Positions 20,241 through 29,650 of a stretch of 64,000 nt of DNA are shown here, piece after piece. Numbering within the stretch: position 1 is the first letter of the stretch; each line of letters begins with the position of its first letter. The translations under genes and the position numbers were made by a program. The notes under the pieces are model-generated. The model was given only the letters and a program-made list of their open reading frames with translations, had not been told where the DNA came from and searched no databases. Origin of the DNA: Candidatus Micrarchaeota archaeon (GTDB taxonomy: Archaea; B1Sed10-29; B47-G15); the NCBI GenBank assembly GCA_003660975.1, contig QMVG01000001.1:1-64000 (forward strand), written 5' to 3'.

Positions 20241-20935
20241 GAATATTAAAAACGTACTTTGAAAAGAAAAAAGAAAGAGAAATGGAAGAAGAGATACCAG
20301 AAATCCTCTACCACGTTGCCAACATGCTATCATACACTAGTATTGAGGAGGTAATTAACTGGATTGCTTCAAGAGAAGGAGAGATAGGAAGGCGCTTTTT
20401 GCTTGTCAACAGAAAAATAAAGAATGGTGAAAGTGCTGAAAGGGCATTGCTTGAACTAAGAGAGAGTGTCAGAAGTGATTTCATAAAAAGAGCAGTGGAT
20501 ATGCTAATCTCTGAGTGCAGGACAGGAGCTAAGAACAGTAATATGCTAAGAGAAGTTGCGGAAGACATGCAAGACATGTTGCAGGCCAGAAGGGAAAAGA
20601 CAGCATCAGCAACTGTTGAGAAATACACTTTGTTAATTGCTGGAACTGTAATAGTGCCTCTTCTCTTGGGTCTCATGATAAGCATAAGCCACAACCTTAG
20701 CTCTGCTGAGCTGGGCGACTTTGCACTTTCCTCTGTAGACAGTGCCATAATAGAAAACAGCATACTTGGAAGTCAGATATATATCGTTGAGTATGCTTTC
20801 ATAGCAGCCCTGTTCATAGCTATTCAAGAGGGTAAAAGTGAGAACATGTTGAGATACTTAATTATAATACTTCCCAGCTCTGTTTTGATATTCAACCTGG
20901 CCCAACGCTTCAATGTCTTGCAGGTCCTATCGTAA
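20237..20935 (+). CDS. TadC-like platform protein
   Basis: EEIPEILYHVA...NGESAERAL...RTGA...LREVAED; three C-terminal TM helices. Confidence 0.8.
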   Translation: MRILKTYFEKKKEREMEEEIPEILYHVANMLSYTSIEEVINWIASREGEIGRRFLLVNRKIKNGESAERALLELRESVRSDFIKRAVDMLISECRTGAKNSNMLREVAEDMQDMLQARREKTASATVEKYTLLIAGTVIVPLLLGLMISISHNLSSAELGDFALSSVDSAIIENSILGSQIYIVEYAFIAALFIAIQEGKSENMLRYLIIILPSSVLIFNLAQRFNVLQVLS

Positions 20936-20975
20936 CACCAGAACTGTTTTAAAGATTACGTGCTTTTTATAGTGT

Positions 20976-21851
20976 ATGGGGAGAAAAATTGAGGCCTACA
21001 AGCTGGAGCCAAAGCTGTTCTTTACGATGCTTCTTTGCATTCTAATCATATTCTTCACGTTTATCGTGCTGACATATAAAGAAGAGGCAGTGAGCAGGAA
21101 GGTCAGCAAAAACGAGAGTTTCAGCATAAATGTATCACTAAACAAAACAGAGGAAAACATAAGCACAGCTGAAATACCAAGTGAAAACAAAAGTGAGGAA
21201 AAAACATTATACGTGAAAGCAGAATTTTTGGAAAGTAGAACAGGCAGGGAAAACTTTTCTGTGGCATATGATGGTAGTGTACTTGAGGTAAGAAGCAACC
21301 CTCTTGGCATGGGAGACTGGGCTGTTGTTTTCACAGTAAATGATGAGATAAAAAACTTCTCATTTGAGTACTTAGAGAATGCAAGCATACAGCTCTTTGA
21401 CCCTTTTATTAGGATACATTTTTACAGCTATAACCCCGAGCTGAGTGCTAATGACCTGTCATCTTTACCTTCCCCTGATTATTTCTACCTGGCAGAGGCG
21501 AGGGTTGACCCGAGCGCTTCATACCCTGTTGGCCAAAGAGAGATGTGGGGACCTGAAATCTGCTACAGTAAATACAAATACTGTGACAGCGAACAAAAAG
21601 GTAGGAAGGGGCAGATAGTGCTAAGCTCTGAGTATTTGAAAAGCCTGGCCAAAGAGTTTAAGAAGAAAGATATAGAGCCAAAGATGAAGGCTCCTGTAAC
21701 AGTTGTCATACACGGGAATAACCTTGTGAGAAAAAGCAGCCATGTCTGGCGAATAAGAGAGATAAAGGTCAATGGCATAAAGCTTAAATTCTCTTTGCTA
21801 GTTGATAAGTACAGAAACAGGACAGTATATATGAAAAACGTGGAGGGATAG
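20976..21851 (+). CDS. Hypothetical membrane-anchored extracellular protein
   Basis: 291-aa ORF with a single N-terminal TM helix and a sequon-rich linker. Confidence 0.65.
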   Translation: MGRKIEAYKLEPKLFFTMLLCILIIFFTFIVLTYKEEAVSRKVSKNESFSINVSLNKTEENISTAEIPSENKSEEKTLYVKAEFLESRTGRENFSVAYDGSVLEVRSNPLGMGDWAVVFTVNDEIKNFSFEYLENASIQLFDPFIRIHFYSYNPELSANDLSSLPSPDYFYLAEARVDPSASYPVGQREMWGPEICYSKYKYCDSEQKGRKGQIVLSSEYLKSLAKEFKKKDIEPKMKAPVTVVIHGNNLVRKSSHVWRIREIKVNGIKLKFSLLVDKYRNRTVYMKNVEG

Positions 21852-21852
21852 A

Positions 21853-22590
21853 ATGAAGCATGTTGAGGTCGTGCTAACACGAGATGTTGACCTAAAAAAT
21901 AGTGTGCTTATAGAGGGCTTTCCTGGTGTTGGCTTAGTAGGAACCATTGCGGTTAGCTACATAGTGGAAAAAACAGGAATGAAAGCAATAGGTTATATAG
22001 ATTCGGAGAGTTTTCCCCCCATAATAACAATACATAAGGGCAGGCCTTACTTTCCTATGCGAATCTATAAGCACCCAAGCAAGGACTTCTGTGTGCTTCT
22101 GGCAGAGTTTGTTACACCCTCTGATGTGATTCATGAACTGGCTAAGAAGATATTGAGCTTTGCAAAGGAAAAAGGAATAAGGCAGATAATATCCCTTGCT
22201 GGCATGAGCATGCCTGAAAACGAGAGGGAATCAGAGATATTTGGCATAGCTTCAAATGAAGAGATGCAGCTTTTCTTAGCTTCAAAAAATGTAAAAGCAA
22301 TTGAAGAGGGCGTAACAACAGGTGTTAGTGGCATGCTCATCGCAGAGTGTGCTAGGGAAAATTTTCCTGCTATTACTCTGCTCGCACAGTCAGAGTACAA
22401 GGTGCCGAACCCAAGGGCTTCGGCGGAATTGATAAAGAAACTGGATGAACTCATAGGCCTTGAGGTTGACACAAGTGAATTGCTCAGAGAGGCCAAAGAG
22501 ATAGAGAAAAAGATGAAAGGGCTGATGAGCAAGAGCGTGAAAGAAAAGAAGATGTACAAGGAGGTTGAGGATTCCCTCATGTATGAGTAA
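21853..22590 (+). CDS. Proteasome assembly chaperone PAC2 family protein
   Basis: LIEGFPGVGLVGTIA, GVSGMLI, PNPRASAELI, VDTSELLREA.EIE, C-terminal MY. Confidence 0.9.
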   Translation: MKHVEVVLTRDVDLKNSVLIEGFPGVGLVGTIAVSYIVEKTGMKAIGYIDSESFPPIITIHKGRPYFPMRIYKHPSKDFCVLLAEFVTPSDVIHELAKKILSFAKEKGIRQIISLAGMSMPENERESEIFGIASNEEMQLFLASKNVKAIEEGVTTGVSGMLIAECARENFPAITLLAQSEYKVPNPRASAELIKKLDELIGLEVDTSELLREAKEIEKKMKGLMSKSVKEKKMYKEVEDSLMYE

Positions 22591-22599
22591 GGTGGTGCG

Positions 22600-23151
22600 A
22601 TGAAGGAGCTTGAAGACATAAGGGAATTTTACAAGATTATGAGCCCAAGGCTCACTGTCTTGGTAACTACGATGGACGCGAGAGGCGTGGCAGATGTGGC
22701 TGCTTTCTCGTTTGTAACTCCTATCTCTTTTGACCCACCAATGCTGCTGTTGGCAGTTGGACCAAACAAGCACTCATATTGGAGCATAACTACGAAAAAA
22801 GAGTTTGTTGTAAACGTGCCTAGCGAGGAATTGGCTGAGAAAATCATGATAGCAGGAGAGCCGTTCGACCCAAAGGCAAGCAAGATAGAAAGAGCAGGTT
22901 TTGAGACGATTCCAAGCAAGGTGGTTGGGCCTCCCAGCATAAAAGACTGCGTGGCAAACATAGAGTGCTACGTTGAAGACGCCAGAAAATATGGGGACCA
23001 TGTTATAATAGTCGGCAAGGTAGTTGCTGTGAGGGTCAGGGATGACGCTGTTGACGAGGAATATAGGTTAAGGACAGATAAAATAAGACCACCGCTCCAC
23101 ATAAGTGATAATGTATTTGCTTTCCCGTACGTTGAAAAGAAAATAGAGTAA
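22600..23151 (+). CDS. Flavin reductase-like (FMN-binding split barrel) protein
   Basis: PRLTVLVTT, ISFDPP, EFVVNVP, IECYV...GDHVIIVGKV. Confidence 0.88.
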   Translation: MKELEDIREFYKIMSPRLTVLVTTMDARGVADVAAFSFVTPISFDPPMLLLAVGPNKHSYWSITTKKEFVVNVPSEELAEKIMIAGEPFDPKASKIERAGFETIPSKVVGPPSIKDCVANIECYVEDARKYGDHVIIVGKVVAVRVRDDAVDEEYRLRTDKIRPPLHISDNVFAFPYVEKKIE

Positions 23152-24117
23152 TTACTGCTTGACAATAACATCCTTGCCACAGTGGGGACATTTGTATATT
23201 ATCATGTCTCCTTCTCTTCTTACAGAGCTGGCACAGTGGGAGCAAAAGCCCTTGCCACAGTAGGGGCAGTATATAACTGTGACGTTTTTTCTTCCGCAAT
23301 TGGGGCAAGTCATGCCTTTTTCCTTTGGAATCTCCTCCGTCTCATTTACGCCTGCTATGTTTGACAGCTCACTCTCAAGCTCGGACAGCGTTCCAAGCTC
23401 TGCACTATTGTCTAATGAGAGGTCTTCTAATGTGAGGCTTTCTATTGAGGATAGGTCAATAGCCTGAGCTTCAGCTGTTTTCTCTGCTGTTGGAACTGTC
23501 TTCTCTCCAGAGCCTTTCTTATATGTCATATCAATCTTAACCTGCTCTATCAATTTCTCTCTATGTTTTCCCCTTCTCGCCCTTCTCTCAGCAGCTCTCT
23601 TTTTGTAGCTTTCAACTGCTTCGTTCAGCTTGTCAAAGAGCTGTGCATGTGTCTCTTGCCCTGTGTTCATGATTTTTGCCAAGCCGAGCTTAAGCTCTGG
23701 CGTCTTTAATTTCAGGCTTGGCCCAATGTGTTTCTCTTCAGCTGCTTTTTTCTCTGTGAATTGCTTTGATGTTTCTTTTTTCTTGAACGCCCCAACATCA
23801 AACCTCAGGACAGGAAGCGCTACTTTAATCGTGTCTCCCATAGATGACTTCAGGTAAATAAACACCGCTATAACCAAGACAAGCATGGGATAAGTTATGA
23901 AAAAGAGGTAATAGCTGATGAAATAAGAAGCAAGAAAAGACAATGCAAATATTAAGAACCCTGTCATTAAGGAGTAAAACCACTTGTCCTTGTTGTTGAG
24001 GCTTCTTATGTCTGGATAGGCATACCTCAATGTAAGATAACCAAAACTGATGCTTCCAAGGCTACCCACCATTACTGCAATAAGCCATAGCTCCAGAGGG
24101 GTTATAACAAACACCAT
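23152..24117 (-). CDS. Membrane protein with C-terminal zinc-ribbon domain
   Basis: Three N-terminal TM helices, a basic then acidic linker, and CPNC/CPYC/CSHC/CPHC. Confidence 0.7.
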   Translation of the reverse strand: MVFVITPLELWLIAVMVGSLGSISFGYLTLRYAYPDIRSLNNKDKWFYSLMTGFLIFALSFLASYFISYYLFFITYPMLVLVIAVFIYLKSSMGDTIKVALPVLRFDVGAFKKKETSKQFTEKKAAEEKHIGPSLKLKTPELKLGLAKIMNTGQETHAQLFDKLNEAVESYKKRAAERRARRGKHREKLIEQVKIDMTYKKGSGEKTVPTAEKTAEAQAIDLSSIESLTLEDLSLDNSAELGTLSELESELSNIAGVNETEEIPKEKGMTCPNCGRKNVTVIYCPYCGKGFCSHCASSVRREGDMIIYKCPHCGKDVIVKQ

Positions 24118-24169
24118 GTATCTATTAAGAGAAGAATAATTTATATATTAATAAGCATTTAGTTTAAAC

Positions 24170-24664
24170 ATGGCATTTATCCCAAACCCAATCAGCAATC
24201 CCTTGCTTTTTCTTGTAGCATATTTTCTGGCAAATATGGGCTTAGATGCTTTGAGGACTACAGCTGAGCTTGCCTTGTTTAGCAGCATAATTGCCTACCC
24301 TTTTGTCTTTATGGGTGACTTCATATATGGAAAACTGAGGAGGAAGATAAGGGTAGAACCTATAGTTGTTTTCTACATCGCCTCGTTCATAAGCTTTGTG
24401 ATTGCCTGGTTTGTGCTGAGGCTTTGGTCTGCCTTGTTGGGAGGAGAGCCCTTCATTGACATTTCCGTATCTCAGCTCTTTTCCTCCTTCTTCGCTGCTT
24501 CAATAATCGTCTTCGTGCTTGCACTGTTTGGTCATTATATTATGAGGAAAATAGAGCTGAGGTATGAAATGCCCAAACCGATTATGTACTTCATCATCGT
24601 CTATCTGATAAGCTTAATGTTGTGGAGCGTGGTTGCTCTGTCTTATACATTTTTATTGCACTAA
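24170..24664 (+). CDS. Hypothetical polytopic membrane protein
   Basis: 164 aa, almost entirely hydrophobic helices; divergent from the upstream gene across a TATA-like TTTATATA. Confidence 0.7.
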   Translation: MAFIPNPISNPLLFLVAYFLANMGLDALRTTAELALFSSIIAYPFVFMGDFIYGKLRRKIRVEPIVVFYIASFISFVIAWFVLRLWSALLGGEPFIDISVSQLFSSFFAASIIVFVLALFGHYIMRKIELRYEMPKPIMYFIIVYLISLMLWSVVALSYTFLLH

Positions 24665-24685
24665 TGAGTAATTAAAAAGGGTGTT

Positions 24686-27600
24686 TTGGTGGAAAGAGCA
24701 TATGCCTTTTTGATGGCTTTGGTACTGATCTCCTCAGTTTTCACTCCTTATGCATATGCCATTAGGGAGAGAAATAACAACGATTATGTGGTGCATGACA
24801 TAAGCGTTAAAGAAAAAAGCTTAAGCCACTTTATCGGAAGTTCAGATGACAACTGCTGGTTGAAGGTCAGGACATCTGCAATTGACCATGACGAGTTCTC
24901 AAAGCTGATGGAGGCCGTTGATGAGGACATAGACAGCTTCGGAAACATTGTCTTGGGAAGGATACAGAGAGAAAGGGAGAGAGCAGGCATAGCAGACGAC
25001 CCAGAGGTGGAAAAAGCCAGAAACCAGATATTTATGATAAACGGCGTGCCTGTGAGGCTTTACGACATAGCTTCAAGGAGCGCTAAGAATCCAGACGATG
25101 TCTGCCACTTAAGCTCTGTGCTGGTTGACGGTGCCATATCTCTTGGCATGGGAATAAACCAGAACCTGAGGTTTTGCGCTGACAACCCCTCTCCTGCCTG
25201 TGAGGAGGGCTATGCTTCTTCTGTGAGCAGGAAAGACCTGGTCGCAGTTGAGAGAATAATAAGCGAACTGAAAAAAGCAGAGGATGACAAGGAAGTCAAT
25301 TGGGACGCTGTTTCATCTGAATTTGAGAAATTGCACATTGATTTTGAGACAGATGGAAAAAGCGACGGGGAGCTTCTTGATGAAGCTACTGCCAACCTCG
25401 CGAGCATCATAAAAGAAAAAAAGGTAAAGTACAGCCCTGCCAACATAATTGAAAGCAACAGGACCTTCATAACGCTGGCTCCTTCAGACATCATTTACCT
25501 CTTTCCCAAGGAAATAATGAACATGGCCAATGTAATAAGCGGCTTGAGAAAGGACCTCAACAAGTGGAACCTGATGGGCCTCGGGGTTGGGCTGAGCAGC
25601 ATAGGCATTGGTTGGATGAACTCCATAGCAACCAGGTCAGTCACCAGGCTTGGCAGGGGCATAGCAGAGGACAGCGACGAGTTTGCCAGCTTGACCAGGC
25701 AGGGAGGGAGAGTAAGAGGCTTGTTTACCCGAGGAAGCCCGAGTCAAAGGATGATAAGAAGATGGAGCCGCGGTGGAGGCACTATTACAGAAGAGCTAGT
25801 CCCTTCTGCAGGACAGGGAATTAGAGACAGACTTGGAGGCTGGTGGTGGAAAAAGGTTAGAGCGAAAAACCTGAGAAATGTGGGCATAGCTGAGGATGAA
25901 ATTAATGGCATAGCAGATGCGTTGAGAAAGGGAAATATAGATGAGGCTGTGAAAAAGCTGGATGATATTACACGGGATTTGGATAATATTCCCACAAAAG
26001 AAAAAGTAGATGACATTGCAGATGGGCTGAGAAGGATATCAAAGCAAAAGCAAATAACTGGGGAAGCACTCAACGATCAGGTGAGTAAACTGGATGAGCT
26101 TGCTGAAAAGTTTCCTGATGAGGTTCCCGATGAAGCAGAAGTGAAAAAAACTTTAGGAGACGTAAAGAAGATGCTGGAAGGCGGGAGCGTAGATAAAGAA
26201 GTGATAGAAAAGGCTGTGAAAAAGTTGGATGACCTTGCTGAGAATCTTCCCAGCAATACCAAGCTGAAAGCTTTCAAGGAAGAATTAGAAAAGATTAACT
26301 ATTACAGGGACATAAACAGGAGAAGAGCCATAGCTGATGCTCTGGAGAGAAAGCTGACCGAAATCACGCCAAAGGACCCATCCAATACAAAGGAATGGTC
26401 CAAGGCATTTCAGAGCCATTATAAAGACAAAATTTACATAGGGCAGCAAAAGATAGAAGATGTTTTAAATGGATGGAAAAGAGAGGGGAGAATAATGGAC
26501 AGTGACATTAGTGAATTTCTGGAGACCATTGAGAGTGGAAAGTATGACGAGGCCATAAAGGCATTACCGTCTGACATACAAAGTGAGGACATAATAGCAG
26601 ATATAAGAAATGTAGCGGCAAAAGCAAAGAAGACAACTGGAGGGAAGATTGATGATATGGATAAATTTTTAAAGGCGAAGGTCGGCGGTGAATATGTTGG
26701 AGAGCTTGGAGATGTGATGACAGACATCGTGAAGGCAAATGCAGGTGGCTTTGGGGCGCTTATTGACCTGGCCAGGGCTGCAGGCAAATCTAAGGCCCTA
26801 TATTACCTCGCAAGTGCTGCAATCAGAGTAGGGCAGAGGGCGAGATATGTTTTGGACATTGGAAGGACTGCTATGTTTGCTGGCTTTATAGCAAGCACTG
26901 CCTTCAAGGGGGACGTGCAGGGCTTTTTCTCAATGCACACCTTCAATCTTGAGCTGAGCCCGAAGGAAGTGCTCAAGCAAAGCGGAAAGGACGGCTATGT
27001 TGACGTGCTTGCTGTAAGCAGAAAGGCAAGCATTGACATGGTGGAGCCAGACATGGTGACAGCCGTGCTGGCCTACTTTGGCATTGATGTGGGCAAGATG
27101 CTTAACGCTCCGCCGAGCGAGGAGAAAATAATAGCGGAAAAGCTGAAGAGCATAAGCAAGATGCTCTTCTTCATGGACCAGGAGGGAAGCGTGGTTGAGG
27201 GAAGGATCAACAGCATAGGGAGGATTGACGAGCTGGGGTCAAGGAGGTTCATGCTCCTGGCGAGAAACCCGGCGCAAAGCCACTTCCTGCTGGCAGAGCA
27301 CCCTCACTCGTATAAGGTCTCGTCATCTGGAAAGTACAGCTCGCTTCTGCTGAACATAAACAATGTTGACTTAAGCGTCATAGGTCCTGACGTGGTGGAC
27401 TACGCGCAGCCAGACAGGATCACCACCTTCCTCGCAAATTGGATGCCATCTCCTTGGAAGCTGGTGCTGATGGGGGCGGCATGGGGCATCTTTGATGTGG
27501 CAGCAGTTGCCACAAGCAAGTTGGGCATACTCGGCGTTTCAATTCCCGTGATGTACTATGCAACCAGGCTCTTCGGAGAAAGAGGCACCTCACTCGTCTC

Positions 27601-29650
27601 TGACATAACGAAAACAGAGGCATACGTGAAGCTTGTGGATATAGAGGAGGCCATGAAAAGCGAGAACAACTGCGTCAAGGTCAGGAAAAGAGAGGCAGAT
27701 AAATTAGGTAAGATAGTAAAAGGGGCTGAAGCGTTGATAGCCTTAGGGGCGGGTGTTGATGTTGTTGACACTTTTGCTCCTGGACCATGGCAAGCAGCCA
27801 CCTTGCTAGCACAATTAGGAATAGCCTATGCCCAGTACAAACAGGAGAAGAAATTTGCAGAAGCCCAGGTAGATGCGCTGAACGCGATGAAAGGCTGCTA
27901 CGACACTAAATTCCTGGCCTTAGGCATACAGAAGATTCCCACAAAGCAGAAAACTGAAAAGGATGTGATGAGCTCTCTAAAGAGCGGTGAGCTGGAAGGT
28001 GTTGTGTCAGGGCTGGACCAGACGGTAGCCAACCTAATAAAGAGCTTAACGCCATCTGAGAGCGTTTCAGGGCTTGCAAGGGAATTTGCTGATAACTACT
28101 ACTGGAATGTGATGTCCCTGCAGGGAGATTACGACGGACCCAGCATAACAAGGATTACAGGAGATGAGATATACAGGGTTCACTTCAACAGAGATGCTAC
28201 AATGAAGTGGTTCAACACGCCTGACTGTGCCATTGACTACTGCCAGGAATTGGATAACGGCCAGTACTGGTGCATGAGAAGTGAGGGGTACAAATGGCTT
28301 GACAATGATGGAAACACCATGGTAGAAGGGCCTCAAGCAGCCTCTGCCAGGTGGAGAAACAATGACGGCTACATGGAGATTGCTGTAAAATCAATTGACA
28401 TAAATAATAAGGTTGCTAAGGCCATGACAATACATAATGATATTACGCCATACGTGAGCTTTGATGACCCCTGTCTCAAAAAAGAAGTGGCTAAGCTGAT
28501 GGGTCTTTTCAGAGATGGGGATTACAGGGCTTATGCTGACACATTATTAAAGAATAGTTTGGGAGATCTGGAGCTGATAAAAACAGAGGACGCGTATATC
28601 TGGATGGAGGACGGGGATGTTATTGTCAGTTTTAACAAGCAGAAGGTTTGCGGGGACAGGATGGCAGCTTCAAAGTCAATTGCCAGGTTTGAGGGCGCGG
28701 ACATTGAGATATATGGTGATGGAACTGTTAAAATCGTGAAGGACGGTGAAGAGCTGCCTTGCGGAAACTTCAAACTTGGTAAAGGACTGAACGCAGGATA
28801 TGTTAGCTTTGAGAACGGCAAGCTCATGGCAGGAGACGCGTCTGCATACAAGAAACTATTTGGATGGAAGGACCTTGAATCAGTGCTGCACCTGATTATT
28901 TATGATTTGTCTTCAGTAAATGGCGATGTGCTTGATAATATGGGCTGGGAGAGGTGCAGCGTGGAGATTGATGGTAAGACATACTACGGCTTTAGGCTGT
29001 CTTTTGACTTTGATGGCGAGAGCAACAAGGAAGAGCAGTGGAACACCCTGCTTGACGACAGGTGCTTCATAGACTGGACTGCTGTTGATGACTATGGAGG
29101 CATAAGGTTCAACACAGATGAAGATGGAAATGCCTATGCTGAGATAACGCTTCCAAGTGGGGAGCAGGTAAGGGTAGATGACCTAGAGTATAATGAGGAA
29201 AAGAAGAGCTTTGAGGGCAAGGGAGAGGACGGCCATGACTACAGCATAACTGTGAAGGTTGAAAACGGCCAGCCAACTGCATATGTCATGGATGAGGAAG
29301 GAAATGTATACAGGATGCCTCTGTGGATGGCTCGCAGCAATAATGGCGCGTTGGTTTATGACGGGAAGACAGGTGCATTGAGCATAACGAACACGTTCCC
29401 ATTCGCAATAAATCCTGATTTCATAAACTACGGCGCTGACGGAAACGCGATGATGTCTCCTGGGAGGCCTCCATGGATTGTTTCCGAGCAGGACATCAGC
29501 AGGGCAGAGCAAGGCTGGAGGCAGATGGGCCAGCAGAACATATTGGCAGCGCTGCCGTGGACGCCAACAGAAACAACACAGCTGCTGCTCTTCGTAGTGC
29601 TGCTGCTGTCTGGCCTACTGCTAATAAGGAGGAGGAGAAATGAAAATTAA
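24686..29650 (+). CDS. Giant secreted protein with internal hydrophobic hairpins and a C-terminal sorting-signal-like anchor
   Basis: Signal peptide (...PYAYA), charged helical core, four Gly/Ala-rich hydrophobic segments, Cys/beta-rich C-terminal third, and a tail LPWTP-TETTQ-TM-RRRR. Confidence 0.8.
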   Translation: MVERAYAFLMALVLISSVFTPYAYAIRERNNNDYVVHDISVKEKSLSHFIGSSDDNCWLKVRTSAIDHDEFSKLMEAVDEDIDSFGNIVLGRIQRERERAGIADDPEVEKARNQIFMINGVPVRLYDIASRSAKNPDDVCHLSSVLVDGAISLGMGINQNLRFCADNPSPACEEGYASSVSRKDLVAVERIISELKKAEDDKEVNWDAVSSEFEKLHIDFETDGKSDGELLDEATANLASIIKEKKVKYSPANIIESNRTFITLAPSDIIYLFPKEIMNMANVISGLRKDLNKWNLMGLGVGLSSIGIGWMNSIATRSVTRLGRGIAEDSDEFASLTRQGGRVRGLFTRGSPSQRMIRRWSRGGGTITEELVPSAGQGIRDRLGGWWWKKVRAKNLRNVGIAEDEINGIADALRKGNIDEAVKKLDDITRDLDNIPTKEKVDDIADGLRRISKQKQITGEALNDQVSKLDELAEKFPDEVPDEAEVKKTLGDVKKMLEGGSVDKEVIEKAVKKLDDLAENLPSNTKLKAFKEELEKINYYRDINRRRAIADALERKLTEITPKDPSNTKEWSKAFQSHYKDKIYIGQQKIEDVLNGWKREGRIMDSDISEFLETIESGKYDEAIKALPSDIQSEDIIADIRNVAAKAKKTTGGKIDDMDKFLKAKVGGEYVGELGDVMTDIVKANAGGFGALIDLARAAGKSKALYYLASAAIRVGQRARYVLDIGRTAMFAGFIASTAFKGDVQGFFSMHTFNLELSPKEVLKQSGKDGYVDVLAVSRKASIDMVEPDMVTAVLAYFGIDVGKMLNAPPSEEKIIAEKLKSISKMLFFMDQEGSVVEGRINSIGRIDELGSRRFMLLARNPAQSHFLLAEHPHSYKVSSSGKYSSLLLNINNVDLSVIGPDVVDYAQPDRITTFLANWMPSPWKLVLMGAAWGIFDVAAVATSKLGILGVSIPVMYYATRLFGERGTSLVSDITKTEAYVKLVDIEEAMKSENNCVKVRKREADKLGKIVKGAEALIALGAGVDVVDTFAPGPWQAATLLAQLGIAYAQYKQEKKFAEAQVDALNAMKGCYDTKFLALGIQKIPTKQKTEKDVMSSLKSGELEGVVSGLDQTVANLIKSLTPSESVSGLAREFADNYYWNVMSLQGDYDGPSITRITGDEIYRVHFNRDATMKWFNTPDCAIDYCQELDNGQYWCMRSEGYKWLDNDGNTMVEGPQAASARWRNNDGYMEIAVKSIDINNKVAKAMTIHNDITPYVSFDDPCLKKEVAKLMGLFRDGDYRAYADTLLKNSLGDLELIKTEDAYIWMEDGDVIVSFNKQKVCGDRMAASKSIARFEGADIEIYGDGTVKIVKDGEELPCGNFKLGKGLNAGYVSFENGKLMAGDASAYKKLFGWKDLESVLHLIIYDLSSVNGDVLDNMGWERCSVEIDGKTYYGFRLSFDFDGESNKEEQWNTLLDDRCFIDWTAVDDYGGIRFNTDEDGNAYAEITLPSGEQVRVDDLEYNEEKKSFEGKGEDGHDYSITVKVENGQPTAYVMDEEGNVYRMPLWMARSNNGALVYDGKTGALSITNTFPFAINPDFINYGADGNAMMSPGRPPWIVSEQDISRAEQGWRQMGQQNILAALPWTPTETTQLLLFVVLLLSGLLLIRRRRNEN

